Shown here piece after piece: positions 49,247 to 58,182 of a stretch of DNA of 64,000 bases. Each line of letters starts with the position of its first letter. Position 1 is the stretch's first letter. The notes under the pieces were generated by a model that was given only the letters and a program-made list of their open reading frames with translations, had not been told where the DNA came from and did no database searches. This DNA is from Candidatus Methanosuratincola verstraetei (lineage in GTDB: Archaea > Thermoproteota > Methanomethylicia > Methanomethylicales > Methanomethylicaceae), in contig CP186953.1 of NCBI GenBank assembly GCA_049570475.1, forward strand, positions 704,001-768,000, written 5' to 3'. Made by a program: the position numbers and the translations under genes.

Positions 49247-49284
49247 TTAAGAAAATTATATCGTAAAGGAAAGTTGGTAGAAAA

Positions 49285-50244
49285 ATGGTCGTGGGACTCG
49301 AAGAGAAGCTAAGGGCAATGCTGTCGGAAACAGTAGGCAGGTGTGTTGATTTCAATACGGGGATCCTTTTGTCGGGCGGGCTCGACACGAGCATACTGGC
49401 ATATGAGGCGGCAAAATGCGTAGAAGTGAAGGCATATACGGTGGCAATGAAGGGGGCAGATGCGCAGGATCTCAAGTATGCAAGGATGGTGAGCGACCAC
49501 TTACGCCTTGAACACAAGGTACTCGAATTTGGGATAGAAGAAGTTTTCGAGGCATTGCCCAAGCTGATCAAAATCCTCGGCGTATTCGACCCGATGGAGG
49601 TAAGGAATAGTCTTGCAATATATCTTGGCATGGGATTTGCTAAAGAAGAGGGTGCAAACACCTTATTAACAGGGGACGGTGCTGACGAGCTGTTCGCCGG
49701 CTACGATTTCATTATTAACAAGGCTTCTGAAGAGATCGAAAAGGAGCTCCGCCACCTCTGGAAAGTGATGACTTTCTCATCGTTTGACATTGGAAAGAAC
49801 TATGGTATAAGCGTGAAGGCGCCTTACCTTGATGAAAAGATCAAAAAGTTTGCCATGGGGGCGGGGGTCGAATTTAAGGTAGGGAAGAGGAATGGGAAGC
49901 TGTTTGGAAAATGGATCCTAAGGAAGGCATACGAAGGCCTGCTCCCAGAGGAAATCATATGGCGGGCTAAAACACCGATCGAGCGCGGGACGGGCACAAA
50001 CATACTTCCCTCACTTTTTGAGAGGAAAATAAGCGACGAACTATTCAATGAGCGCAGAGAGTTATACTTTAACGTAGACAGCGTAAGGATCAGGGACAAA
50101 GAACAGTTGGTCTATTACGAAGTCTTCAGGGAGGTGATCGGTCCACCCGAGGCGACAGAGGAAGGTCGGCACTGTCCATGCTGCACGTCCGTGCTTAGGG
50201 AAGGGTCAAAGTTCTGCAGGACCTGCGGGGCTTATCCCGTTTAG
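49285..50244 (+). CDS. asparagine-synthetase-like ATP pyrophosphatase domain with C-terminal Zn ribbon
   Basis: LSGGLDTS, TGDGADELFAGY, PYLD, KWILR; no GATase domain. Confidence 0.85.
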   Translation: MVVGLEEKLRAMLSETVGRCVDFNTGILLSGGLDTSILAYEAAKCVEVKAYTVAMKGADAQDLKYARMVSDHLRLEHKVLEFGIEEVFEALPKLIKILGVFDPMEVRNSLAIYLGMGFAKEEGANTLLTGDGADELFAGYDFIINKASEEIEKELRHLWKVMTFSSFDIGKNYGISVKAPYLDEKIKKFAMGAGVEFKVGKRNGKLFGKWILRKAYEGLLPEEIIWRAKTPIERGTGTNILPSLFERKISDELFNERRELYFNVDSVRIRDKEQLVYYEVFREVIGPPEATEEGRHCPCCTSVLREGSKFCRTCGAYPV

Positions 50245-50298
50245 AAAAACAACTACCCAGACTGATCTTGCAAAAATTTCTGTGCTCCGAATCAAGAC

Positions 50299-51060
50299 AT
50301 GCAAGAGAGGAATCCCTTGGACATATGGAAATTTTACAGCATCCGTGAGAAAAGGTGCGTTTATTGTAACTCGTTGAACAGGGAGAGGTTTGAAGTCTTT
50401 CTTAATCAGCTCCAGTTAGGACCAGAGAGCACAGCCCTTTACATTGCATGCGGCAAGGTCGAATTTCTAGTCAAAATGAGCGAGCTTTATCGGATCAAGG
50501 GAGTGGGAGTGGATATCAGCGCCTATTTCATACAGGAAGCTCGGAAAAAAAGCTATGCTGAGAGTTCCGGATGCGCTCCTTGACTTTATCGAGATCGATG
50601 GAAAGGACTGCAAACCTCAAGACGGAAAATTGTTTGACCTATCGAGTTGCATCGGTGCCACTTGGATTTGGAACGGGTACAAAGTAACCCTAAAAGCACT
50701 AAAAGACATGACTAAGCCCGGAGGGCTACTTGTGGGCGAACCATTCTGGCTCAAGCAGCCGGAAAACGAATGCCCCAAAGCGGAGAATTTGCAGAGTCGT
50801 ATGCCGAGAGCCACAAAGACAATGTGCACTTGGGAGAAGCCAGCGGGCTTAACTGCATATACGCCCTCGACAGCACAAAAGAGGACTTTGACCATTACGA
50901 GATGCTCGGTTGGTGGAGCTTGGAAGATTATATACGGCAAAATCCGAACGACCCAGATTTCCAAGAGATCCTAGCATTGTTCAGGAAGGAGAAAGAGAAG
51001 TACCTCCGCTGGGGGCGGGAAACAATTGGCTGGGCAACATACCTCTTCAGGAAAACGTGA
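50299..51060 (+). pseudogene. class I SAM methyltransferase with two frameshifts
   Basis: IACGKVE/GVDIS, CIGATWI..KPGGLLVGEPFW and YLRWGRETIGW lie in three different frames. Confidence 0.78.
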
Positions 51061-51184
51061 TTTCGGACCTTTAACTTCTACGACATTCAAGGCACATTTC
51101 TTGTCAAGCTTCGGTAAGCAGCGGGGGGTTAATTCGTGAATTCAAAATCGGTTTTCATTCTAAATGTTAGTTTTTTCAAAGTCA

Positions 51185-51320
51185 TGGTGCGGGGAGTGGG
51201 ATTTGAACCCACGAAGGCCTTCGCCACAGGATAACCCATCCGAAGGCTACCAAGCCCGGATCTTAAGTCTGGCACGCCTCTCGGCGTCCTGCCCCGTTGT
51301 CCTGACTTGGGAATCCCCGC
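51185..51320 (-). tRNA. tRNA-Leu(TAA) with two introns (51269-51287 at 30/31; 51233-51261 at 37/38)
   Basis: Removing 19 nt and 29 nt gives CAGGA-CT TAA GA-TCCTG and an 88-nt Leu tRNA with a long variable arm; both introns form BHB motifs. Confidence 0.92.
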
Positions 51321-51405
51321 TTTTCAAAAGATTAAGAGCGGACCAGTATTTAGTTTTTAGCTAATATAGAAATATTTATTGGAACAGCATGTTTGAATCA
51401 CTTTG

Positions 51406-51483
51406 GGGTCCGTGGCGCAGACTGGATAGCGCGTTGGCCTTCTAAGTCAATGGTCGAGGGTTCAAATCCCTCCGGACCCGCCA
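51406..51483 (+). tRNA. tRNA-Arg(TCT)
   Basis: TTGGC-CT TCT AA-GTCAA arm, encoded CCA. Confidence 0.95.
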
Positions 51484-52270
51484 TTGAATTAAAACAATGA
51501 ATTCTCAATTTTTAATAAAATAAATGGTTAGTTATTTTTCACTAATAATGGCGAATGCTTTTATGGCATAAAAGTTTGCGAAATATGACCAGAAGCGAGA
51601 ATGTAAAGTTCCTTGATTAAGACCATAGTGAAGGCAAAGCATGGAGACCAGAGCGTTATGCTTCGCTTATAGTTACTGAGCTTCAAGAAAGATTACCCGA
51701 AAGTCTTCAAGAGTGTGCCTAATCACGGAAGATCCTGCAAGAGTGGGGGTTTCGGACATCATGCTGAAACGTGGTGTTTGAAAATTTGTAGGTATTGGCA
51801 AAAAAACGACAAGAAGGCTTTTGGGATGATGAAACGGAGAGAATTTCAAGAAGGCGCTAGTCCTTTTTAGACCATACGACCTTCATGTGGCACACATGGA
51901 ACTCGGGGCTAGACAAAGGTTCTTTCTGTTAAAAAAAATGATTGTATAATGATTATAATATTTTTAAACTAGGCATGCCATTACTGAGTTGGCTTAGTCT
52001 GTTTCTTCTTCTCCTTCTTTGGAGCTGGAGCTGATATTATTTTCGCCTCTTGGAGGTCTAGCCTCCAAATAATCCGGTTGCAGCGACTCCAAATATAAAG
52101 GTTTTGAGAACAGATTCAAACTAAGCAGACTGGCAAATAATAAACTTAGATAAAGGAGAACCTGACGGTGCCCGTCATTTAATAGATCATTCTTTCAAAC
52201 CCGTTCATTTCAGTCAACTAAACAAACCTTATAGGATGGTGGCGATTTTTGGATTGTAGAGGGTGATTAG

Positions 52271-52468
52271 ATGCCAGAGGGCAAGTTTGCTAACAGGGCA
52301 GAAGCGAAGCAGTCTGCAGCGCAGCCAGCGATCGACCTCAAGAAGATGAGTTGCAAGGATTGCGGGTTGTTTACAGCAATGGGAAAAAGCGGTCAGGGGT
52401 ACTGCAGAAAGACAGCAGCCAAGAAGAGTGCGACTAGTAAAGCCTGCAACTTCTTCAAGAAGAAGTAA
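52271..52468 (+). CDS. small basic 4-Cys putative metal-binding protein
   Basis: CKDC...GYC...AC pattern; GGGTGA upstream. Confidence 0.6.
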   Translation: MPEGKFANRAEAKQSAAQPAIDLKKMSCKDCGLFTAMGKSGQGYCRKTAAKKSATSKACNFFKKK

Positions 52469-52470
52469 GA

Positions 52471-53880
52471 TCAAAAACTTTTGTTTGGTTCAGGCTCCAT
52501 ATGCAAGGAGATGGACTCGATCTCAGGGCATCTTGCCTTGATTTCGACCTCAATTTTTGATGCGATACGGTGAGCCTCCGAGAGAGAGATCGTCTTGTCG
52601 AATACACAGCAAAAAGTTAGGGAGTATGTATCGCCGATCTTTTTTACCTGCAAGTTCTTGAAGGATTTGACGGAAGGGAAATCAAGCAGAATGGAATCCA
52701 ATAACCTTTGAATGCGATCCCGCATGAATGAAGCAGGCTCCCCTTCACACACTCTGTCGACATAAGGCTCTATGTGCGATGTAACACTGGAGATCTTTTT
52801 ATCAAGTTGTTTTATCCTGTCTTCCAGATCCGATGCGATCTCGTGTGCGCTCTCTAAGCTATGCGTTCCTTCTATCTCTACGTTAAATTCAACATCTAAT
52901 TTATGATCTGTTTCAGAGAGCTGGATCTTGCTTATGCTCTTGATCTCTTTCATTTTGGATGCCTCACGCCGCATCTTGTCCACTAGCGTGGCATCAGAAG
53001 TTGAAATGGGCTCGGCGTGAACCACCACGTCAGCGCCGGGAATGGTTTCTTGTATGTTGCGACAAACTGATTCGGCCAGCTCATGCGCAGCCTCCAAGCT
53101 AAGATCTCGGTCTACGTGCACTTCCAAGTCAACAAAAGTTTTTGCTCCAGCCTCGCGAACACGTACGCGACCTACATTCTGGATCCCTTCCACCGATCTA
53201 GCATTCTCGATGATTTGCTGAACAACCCCTGCAGGCGCACCATCGAGTAGAGTGTGGGTTGATTTCTTCAATATCCGGTAGCCAATGAAAGCTGTAACTG
53301 CGGCCACTCCGAGCCCTGCCATTGAATCAAATTGCTTAAAGCCGATCATCGAAATCAAGATGCCGATAATCACAACGGCTGAAGAAATAAGATCCGTGGA
53401 AAAATGGATTGCATCGGCCTCCAGCGCCTGGCTCCTGTACTCCTTTGCGGTTTTCATGAGAACTCTTGAACGGCTTAAATCAACCACCATGGAAATCAAC
53501 ATGACGGCAAGTGCGGAAATGCCAAGATCTATTTCCACGGTCTTGAAGAGCAACCTAGATATCGCCTCGTAGACAATCCATACGCATGTCAAGAACAACA
53601 GAACGGTCTCCACGAGGCTTGCAAGACTTTCGATCTTTGCGTGCCCGTACATGTGGAGCGAGTCGGGAGGGGCTTCGGACTTTCTCACCGCGTAAAAAGT
53701 CGTGAATGCTGCTATCAGATCAATACCAGAATGCAGAGCCTCGCTGAGAATGCCAAGGCTGTTAGTCACTAGGCCCACTACAAGCTTCATAGAAGTAAGC
53801 GCAATAGCAGCAACGACAGAAGAGAGGGCCACTCGTTGTTTTTTTGACGTTGTAGCCGACCTCGAATCCCGTCTTCTCAT
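52471..53880 (-). CDS. cation diffusion facilitator with three C-terminal ZT_dimer domains
   Basis: SEALHSGID, HMYGHAKIE, ADAIHFSTD; three AH...HxEP repeats. Confidence 0.92.
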   Translation of the reverse strand: MRRRDSRSATTSKKQRVALSSVVAAIALTSMKLVVGLVTNSLGILSEALHSGIDLIAAFTTFYAVRKSEAPPDSLHMYGHAKIESLASLVETVLLFLTCVWIVYEAISRLLFKTVEIDLGISALAVMLISMVVDLSRSRVLMKTAKEYRSQALEADAIHFSTDLISSAVVIIGILISMIGFKQFDSMAGLGVAAVTAFIGYRILKKSTHTLLDGAPAGVVQQIIENARSVEGIQNVGRVRVREAGAKTFVDLEVHVDRDLSLEAAHELAESVCRNIQETIPGADVVVHAEPISTSDATLVDKMRREASKMKEIKSISKIQLSETDHKLDVEFNVEIEGTHSLESAHEIASDLEDRIKQLDKKISSVTSHIEPYVDRVCEGEPASFMRDRIQRLLDSILLDFPSVKSFKNLQVKKIGDTYSLTFCCVFDKTISLSEAHRIASKIEVEIKARCPEIESISLHMEPEPNKSF

Positions 53881-53921
53881 CAGAGGATAAAAGGGTTTCT
53901 TTTTTTATAAAAAAATTGTAA

Positions 53922-54359
53922 TTATATTGATAAAAGGTTTAGACCGGTAGTCTCATCATATTTTCTTATTATTTTTGGATCGAGAGCCCTGATGTAGGCC
54001 TCCCCTGCAAAGACGATCGATCCTTCTCCCAAGTGCCCGCCAAAGCATCGCCCTTCTTTGTCCGCTAAAACGACATGGCAATGTACTATTGTCTCTCCTT
54101 CCTTTATCGCGATATTTCCAATGCCTGAGGCGATCTCCAAGGGGGTCTCCAGAAGGATCTTGTGGTACTGCTTTTTCTCTTGGACATAATAATGGATTAC
54201 CGCCTTCTTAAGAGCGCCAATCACTGTGAATACGCCAGCACCTATTCCGAGCCGCTCGGCAGCCACCTTTAAAGAAGATAGAAGATCGGAGTTGTGAGGT
54301 ATGCTATACATGTATTCCCCAGTGCACTCGTATTTTTCTATGCCCAAATCAGACACCAA
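53922..54359 (-). CDS. PPC/DUF296 domain protein
   Basis: IGAL, EIASGIGNI, HCHVVL, GGHL. Confidence 0.88.
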   Translation of the reverse strand: MVSDLGIEKYECTGEYMYSIPHNSDLLSSLKVAAERLGIGAGVFTVIGALKKAVIHYYVQEKKQYHKILLETPLEIASGIGNIAIKEGETIVHCHVVLADKEGRCFGGHLGEGSIVFAGEAYIRALDPKIIRKYDETTGLNLLSI

Positions 54360-54410
54360 AATAATTATGTAATCGGGAATAAAAATGGATTGATTCGAAA
54401 GGCGAGGAAG

Positions 54411-55487
54411 TTGCTATTCTTCGTGCTCACGACTGGTAAGTGCAACCTCAGATGCAAATATTGCGGGGGCAGCTTCCCAGAGGAGCGCGTGCCTGCAATG
54501 CCTACTTACGAACTGTCATTGCTGAAGGAGTTAATTGAAAACGATCCCGAGCCGATTGTCGCTTTCTATGGAGGGGAGCCGCTAATACAGGCAGATGTGA
54601 TAAGGCAGGTCATGGACAACATAGAAGCGAAGTTCTTGATCCAGACTAACGGGACTTTGTGGGATAATCTTGATTGGGATTACTGGAGGAGGATGGATGC
54701 TGTCCTTTTGTCGATTGACGGGACCGAGAAAACTACCGATGGATACAGGGGCTTGGGGACTTATCGAAAGGTCACGCAAGCCGCAAAAGCGTTTAGAAAA
54801 TACGGCTACGAAGGGGACCTAATTGCAAGGATGGCAGTCTCGGAGAGGACTGATATCTATAGCGATGTCCTGCATCTCATTAATCTTAGATTATTCGACC
54901 ACGTACATTGGCAACTGGATGTTGGATGGAGCGACTCATGGATCGATTTTGACAAATGGTGCTCAGACAGCTATGAGCCTGGAATAGACAGGCTGGTGCA
55001 GTTTTGGATTGAAGAGCTGAGGCGGGGGAGAGTGCATGGCATTGTCCCCTTTCTCGGGATACTAAAGAGGCTTAGAGAAGGCGGGTGCAACCCGCCCTGT
55101 GGAGCAGGAGTGGACGCGATTGCAATTCTGCCGAACGGCGAGATCAGGGCCTGCCCTATCGCCTACGACGCCGAATGGGCGCTTCTTGGGAAACTAGGTC
55201 AGACGAGCTATTCTGAGATGCGCCGCAAAATGCTCGGATGTGGCATAGTAGGAGAGTGCAAAAGTTGCGCCTACCTCAGGGGTTGCGGCGGAAGATGCTT
55301 GTACATGAACCGGGAGCGCTATTGGGGTGAAGGAGGGCTCAAGAAGATATGCAATGTCACAAAATATACCATCGATGCGATCAGCAATGTGAATAACGAG
55401 GCATATGCTATAATGAACGATTTAGGAATGGGTTACGAGGCACTGGACTACCCCAAATTCAACAACAGCACGGAGATAGTCCCATAA
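54411..55487 (+). CDS. radical SAM/SPASM protein (AF0577-like)
   Basis: CNLRCKYC, FYGGEP, C-terminal SPASM cysteines (CGAG, CP, CxxC..CGGRC). Confidence 0.88.
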   Translation: MLFFVLTTGKCNLRCKYCGGSFPEERVPAMPTYELSLLKELIENDPEPIVAFYGGEPLIQADVIRQVMDNIEAKFLIQTNGTLWDNLDWDYWRRMDAVLLSIDGTEKTTDGYRGLGTYRKVTQAAKAFRKYGYEGDLIARMAVSERTDIYSDVLHLINLRLFDHVHWQLDVGWSDSWIDFDKWCSDSYEPGIDRLVQFWIEELRRGRVHGIVPFLGILKRLREGGCNPPCGAGVDAIAILPNGEIRACPIAYDAEWALLGKLGQTSYSEMRRKMLGCGIVGECKSCAYLRGCGGRCLYMNRERYWGEGGLKKICNVTKYTIDAISNVNNEAYAIMNDLGMGYEALDYPKFNNSTEIVP

Positions 55488-55531
55488 AGCAAATATAACA
55501 AAAGAAAAATACTGAACCATGGGGGCTGACT

Positions 55532-55960
55532 TTGAAGAAAGTAAAGGAGTTAATGACTAAGGATGTAGTCACTATAAATAAGGAAAAAACAATCGTGGAG
55601 GCTGCAAAAATTATCGGCGATAAGGGCGTTGGATCACTAGTAATTACTGACAACGGCAATATTGTTGGGGTCCTGACCGAAAGGGACATAATTACAAAAT
55701 GTGTAGCGAAGGGATGCGAACCTTCAAAGACCAAGGTTTCAGAGATAATGTCCAGCCCAGTGGTGGCGATTGATCCGGAGGCGGACATAATTGATGCAGC
55801 AAAACTCATGGTAAGCAAGATGATTAGGCGCCTCCCTGTTTTGGAGGGGGGCAAGCTGGTGGGAGTAATAACCACTTACGACTTGGTGAAGAACGTGTCC
55901 AAAGGGAAACGTAAGGAAGACTCGCTCATCTATCTTGCCGCCGAATATGAGGTCTTCTGA
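55532..55960 (+). CDS. CBS-domain pair protein
   Basis: VKELMT, GVLTERD, IRRLPV, GVITTYD. Confidence 0.92.
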   Translation: MKKVKELMTKDVVTINKEKTIVEAAKIIGDKGVGSLVITDNGNIVGVLTERDIITKCVAKGCEPSKTKVSEIMSSPVVAIDPEADIIDAAKLMVSKMIRRLPVLEGGKLVGVITTYDLVKNVSKGKRKEDSLIYLAAEYEVF

Positions 55961-56013
55961 AACCTATCTTTTTACTTTTTAAACTGCATTTTGGAAAAGC
56001 TAAAAATTGTAAT

Positions 56014-56226
56014 TTAGAATCTAAAAGATGGAAAGAAATGGTGGGCCGAGCCGGATTCGAACCGGCGACCACCGCCGTGTAAGGGCTCCCTGATGGTGTT
56101 TTTTTCATCAGACAAGGCAATTTTTATGACGTTCTGGGGCGTTGTACCGTACAGCTCCGCCGCCCTGAGGAGCTTCTGATAAAGGTCCTCCGGCAATGTG
56201 AGCGACTTGAAGCCTTTGCGGGGCAT
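56014..56226 (-). pseudogene. integrase N-terminal fragment intN (RHH-like) reading into att
   Basis: MPRKGFKSLTLPEDLYQKL... continues into LHGGGRRFESGSAHH, the same att frame as intC. Confidence 0.82.
56038..56086 (-). repeat. att site: duplicate of the tRNA-Val 3' half
   Basis: Exact 49-bp match to 63775-63823. Confidence 0.95.
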
Positions 56227-56286
56227 GTGATAAACTATCTTTCCGCTATCGGAAATGCGTTTCGGGGGGTGTTCTTACGCCCGTTC

Positions 56287-56850
56287 CTAAGGCGTTCCCC
56301 AAGAGGAAACTATCTCGCTCACCGTCTTCAGTTCGGCATTGTAGGCGTCCGTGAGGTACTTCAGCCCCGAGACGTGGTCCTCCTCGGTGAACGCCTCGAC
56401 GGCGTCTTTAGCCACCACGATCCTGTATCCCCTGAAGAAGGCGTCCGCGGCGGTGTGCCTCACGCACATGTGTGTGTGCAGCCCGCAAAGGACCACGGTC
56501 TTGACGCCCTTGCCCCCGTAGAGGCTCCTCAGGAGCGGATCCAGCCCCGTCTCGAAGAAGCCGCTGTAGGCCCTCTTCTCTACGATGAAGTCGCCCTTGG
56601 ACGGAGCCAGCTCGGGGATCACCTCTGCCCCCTTAGTCCCCTTTATGGCATGCTGCCCCCACCTGTTCACGACCTCCGGGTCGTGCGGGTAGTGGGCGTC
56701 GTTGCTGTAGATCACCGGTACCCCGCGCTCGCGGGCTGATGCGACGAGCCTCCCGATAGCCGGCACGATCCTCTCGGCGCGATCGCACCTGAGGCTCCCG
56801 TGGACGAAGTCGTTCAGCATGTCGATTACTATCACTGCCGGGTTTTCCAT
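56287..56850 (-). CDS. isochorismatase-family cysteine hydrolase
   Basis: VIDMLNDF, KRAYSGF, GLHTHMCVRHTAADA. Confidence 0.92.
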   Translation of the reverse strand: MENPAVIVIDMLNDFVHGSLRCDRAERIVPAIGRLVASARERGVPVIYSNDAHYPHDPEVVNRWGQHAIKGTKGAEVIPELAPSKGDFIVEKRAYSGFFETGLDPLLRSLYGGKGVKTVVLCGLHTHMCVRHTAADAFFRGYRIVVAKDAVEAFTEEDHVSGLKYLTDAYNAELKTVSEIVSSWGTP

Positions 56851-56910
56851 AGTCGATCCCCCGCGCCCCCATTGTAGTATTCTGCCGCAGCCATATATCG
56901 TTTGCAACTT

Positions 56911-57708
56911 TCAGGCCCGTTTTTCCCTGATCTCGAAGACGCACCTCTTGTCGCCCTTCGCAATGCACTCGGTCTCTTCGACCTGGAAGGGCTTCCCGAA
57001 TACCTCCGCGAAGATCCCGGCGATCATCCCCCTCACCAGGGCCCCGTATGGCTTGCCCGTCACCTTAGCGACCTCGCACTCGAAAGAGTCGTGGACCGCG
57101 ATCTTCCCGCCCGAGTCGCCGAGGTGGATCACCTCGATCCTGCCGAACCCCGCCCACTGGAACGCGGCGGTGCTAACGCGCCGGTAGATCTCTAAGGGGT
57201 CCTTCAGCCCTACTGCCTCGGCGGCTGACCTGTGCAGCCTCCCGAAGCCCCTGCCCGCCTCGAGCCCCTCGTAGTACAGGAAGGCCTCGCCGCCCGATCC
57301 GAACTGCTCCTTTATCCCCCTGATGAGCCCCCTGTACCCCGCTGCTCTAAGGATTATCGCCCTGTCGCCCCCTGCGGTCAGCGGGAAGGACAGGTTGTCG
57401 ATGATCAGGCCGTCGGCGACCGGATCGATTACCTTCGCGTGATGGACCATGCCGGTGGACTCGAGATCCTTGACGAACTCATCGATGGGGACGTCGCACT
57501 CCGTCACGTCCAGGAAGGATATGACTGGGTACGAATCGGTTATTGCCGAGGGCGATGAGGCGAAGTACAGCGGCAGCGCCCTGTGCTTGGCAGCTGTCTT
57601 AGTCACGGCTGCGAGCGCCTCGGGGTCGGCCTTAATGATGAACCTCAGCCCCACGAGCTTCCTTCCAGGCAGCACGAGCATCCGCGACAAGTCGAACTCG
57701 TAGCTCAT
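56911..57708 (-). CDS. ACT-like plus V4R domain protein
   Basis: GFGRIE, DSFEC, RGMIAG, ETECIAKGDKRCVF. Confidence 0.88.
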   Translation of the reverse strand: MSYEFDLSRMLVLPGRKLVGLRFIIKADPEALAAVTKTAAKHRALPLYFASSPSAITDSYPVISFLDVTECDVPIDEFVKDLESTGMVHHAKVIDPVADGLIIDNLSFPLTAGGDRAIILRAAGYRGLIRGIKEQFGSGGEAFLYYEGLEAGRGFGRLHRSAAEAVGLKDPLEIYRRVSTAAFQWAGFGRIEVIHLGDSGGKIAVHDSFECEVAKVTGKPYGALVRGMIAGIFAEVFGKPFQVEETECIAKGDKRCVFEIREKRA

Positions 57709-57827
57709 GCAATTTGTTGTTTCCGTTTTACCATTATAACACTTTCGCCCCGCAGACTCCGGGCTTCCGCTTTCCGGAAATTCTTAAGCCTCCCGGGAGC
57801 GGATTACCGTGGTGCTGGTGGGTTTTC

Positions 57828-58013
57828 GTGACGAATGGCAAGCCGTCTCTTGCGGACTGCGGCGAGGAGCTCTTCAACGGGAGGGTGAGGTGCAGGTACA
57901 GGGGGTGCAGGAAGTGGTGCGCCTCCTGGCTGGGGCTGGCCGTGCACCTGCGGAAGGGGCACGGGGTGTCGGCGTCGGAGGTGTCCTGGAAGGACCTGGA
58001 GGGGGGACGGTGA
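57828..58013 (+). CDS. small C2H2 zinc-finger protein
   Basis: CRYRGC...LAVHLRKGH; GTG start after GGTGG. Confidence 0.7.
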   Translation: MTNGKPSLADCGEELFNGRVRCRYRGCRKWCASWLGLAVHLRKGHGVSASEVSWKDLEGGR

Positions 58014-58174
58014 TGGGCTGGAGGGAGTGCGAGGACGTGCTGGAGCTGGCCCTCGTGAGGATGAAGGGGTGCGCCACGGCGGAGGAGTGCAGGCGCGCGG
58101 TGGAGGAGGTCCTGGCGCTCGTGAAGGAAAGGAAGCTGGAGCGGCTGAGGGAGGAGCTGGGAGTGCTGAAATGA
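58013..58174 (+). CDS. small helical hypothetical protein
   Basis: Translationally coupled to the zinc-finger gene; GGAGGG RBS. Confidence 0.6.
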   Translation: MGWRECEDVLELALVRMKGCATAEECRRAVEEVLALVKERKLERLREELGVLK

Positions 58175-58182
58175 TTTAATTA

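Noticed and set aside
51500-52260. Long intergenic region after tRNA-Arg(TCT) as an integrated element
   Set aside because: No duplicate of the tRNA 3' end or integrase trace found; probably decayed DNA
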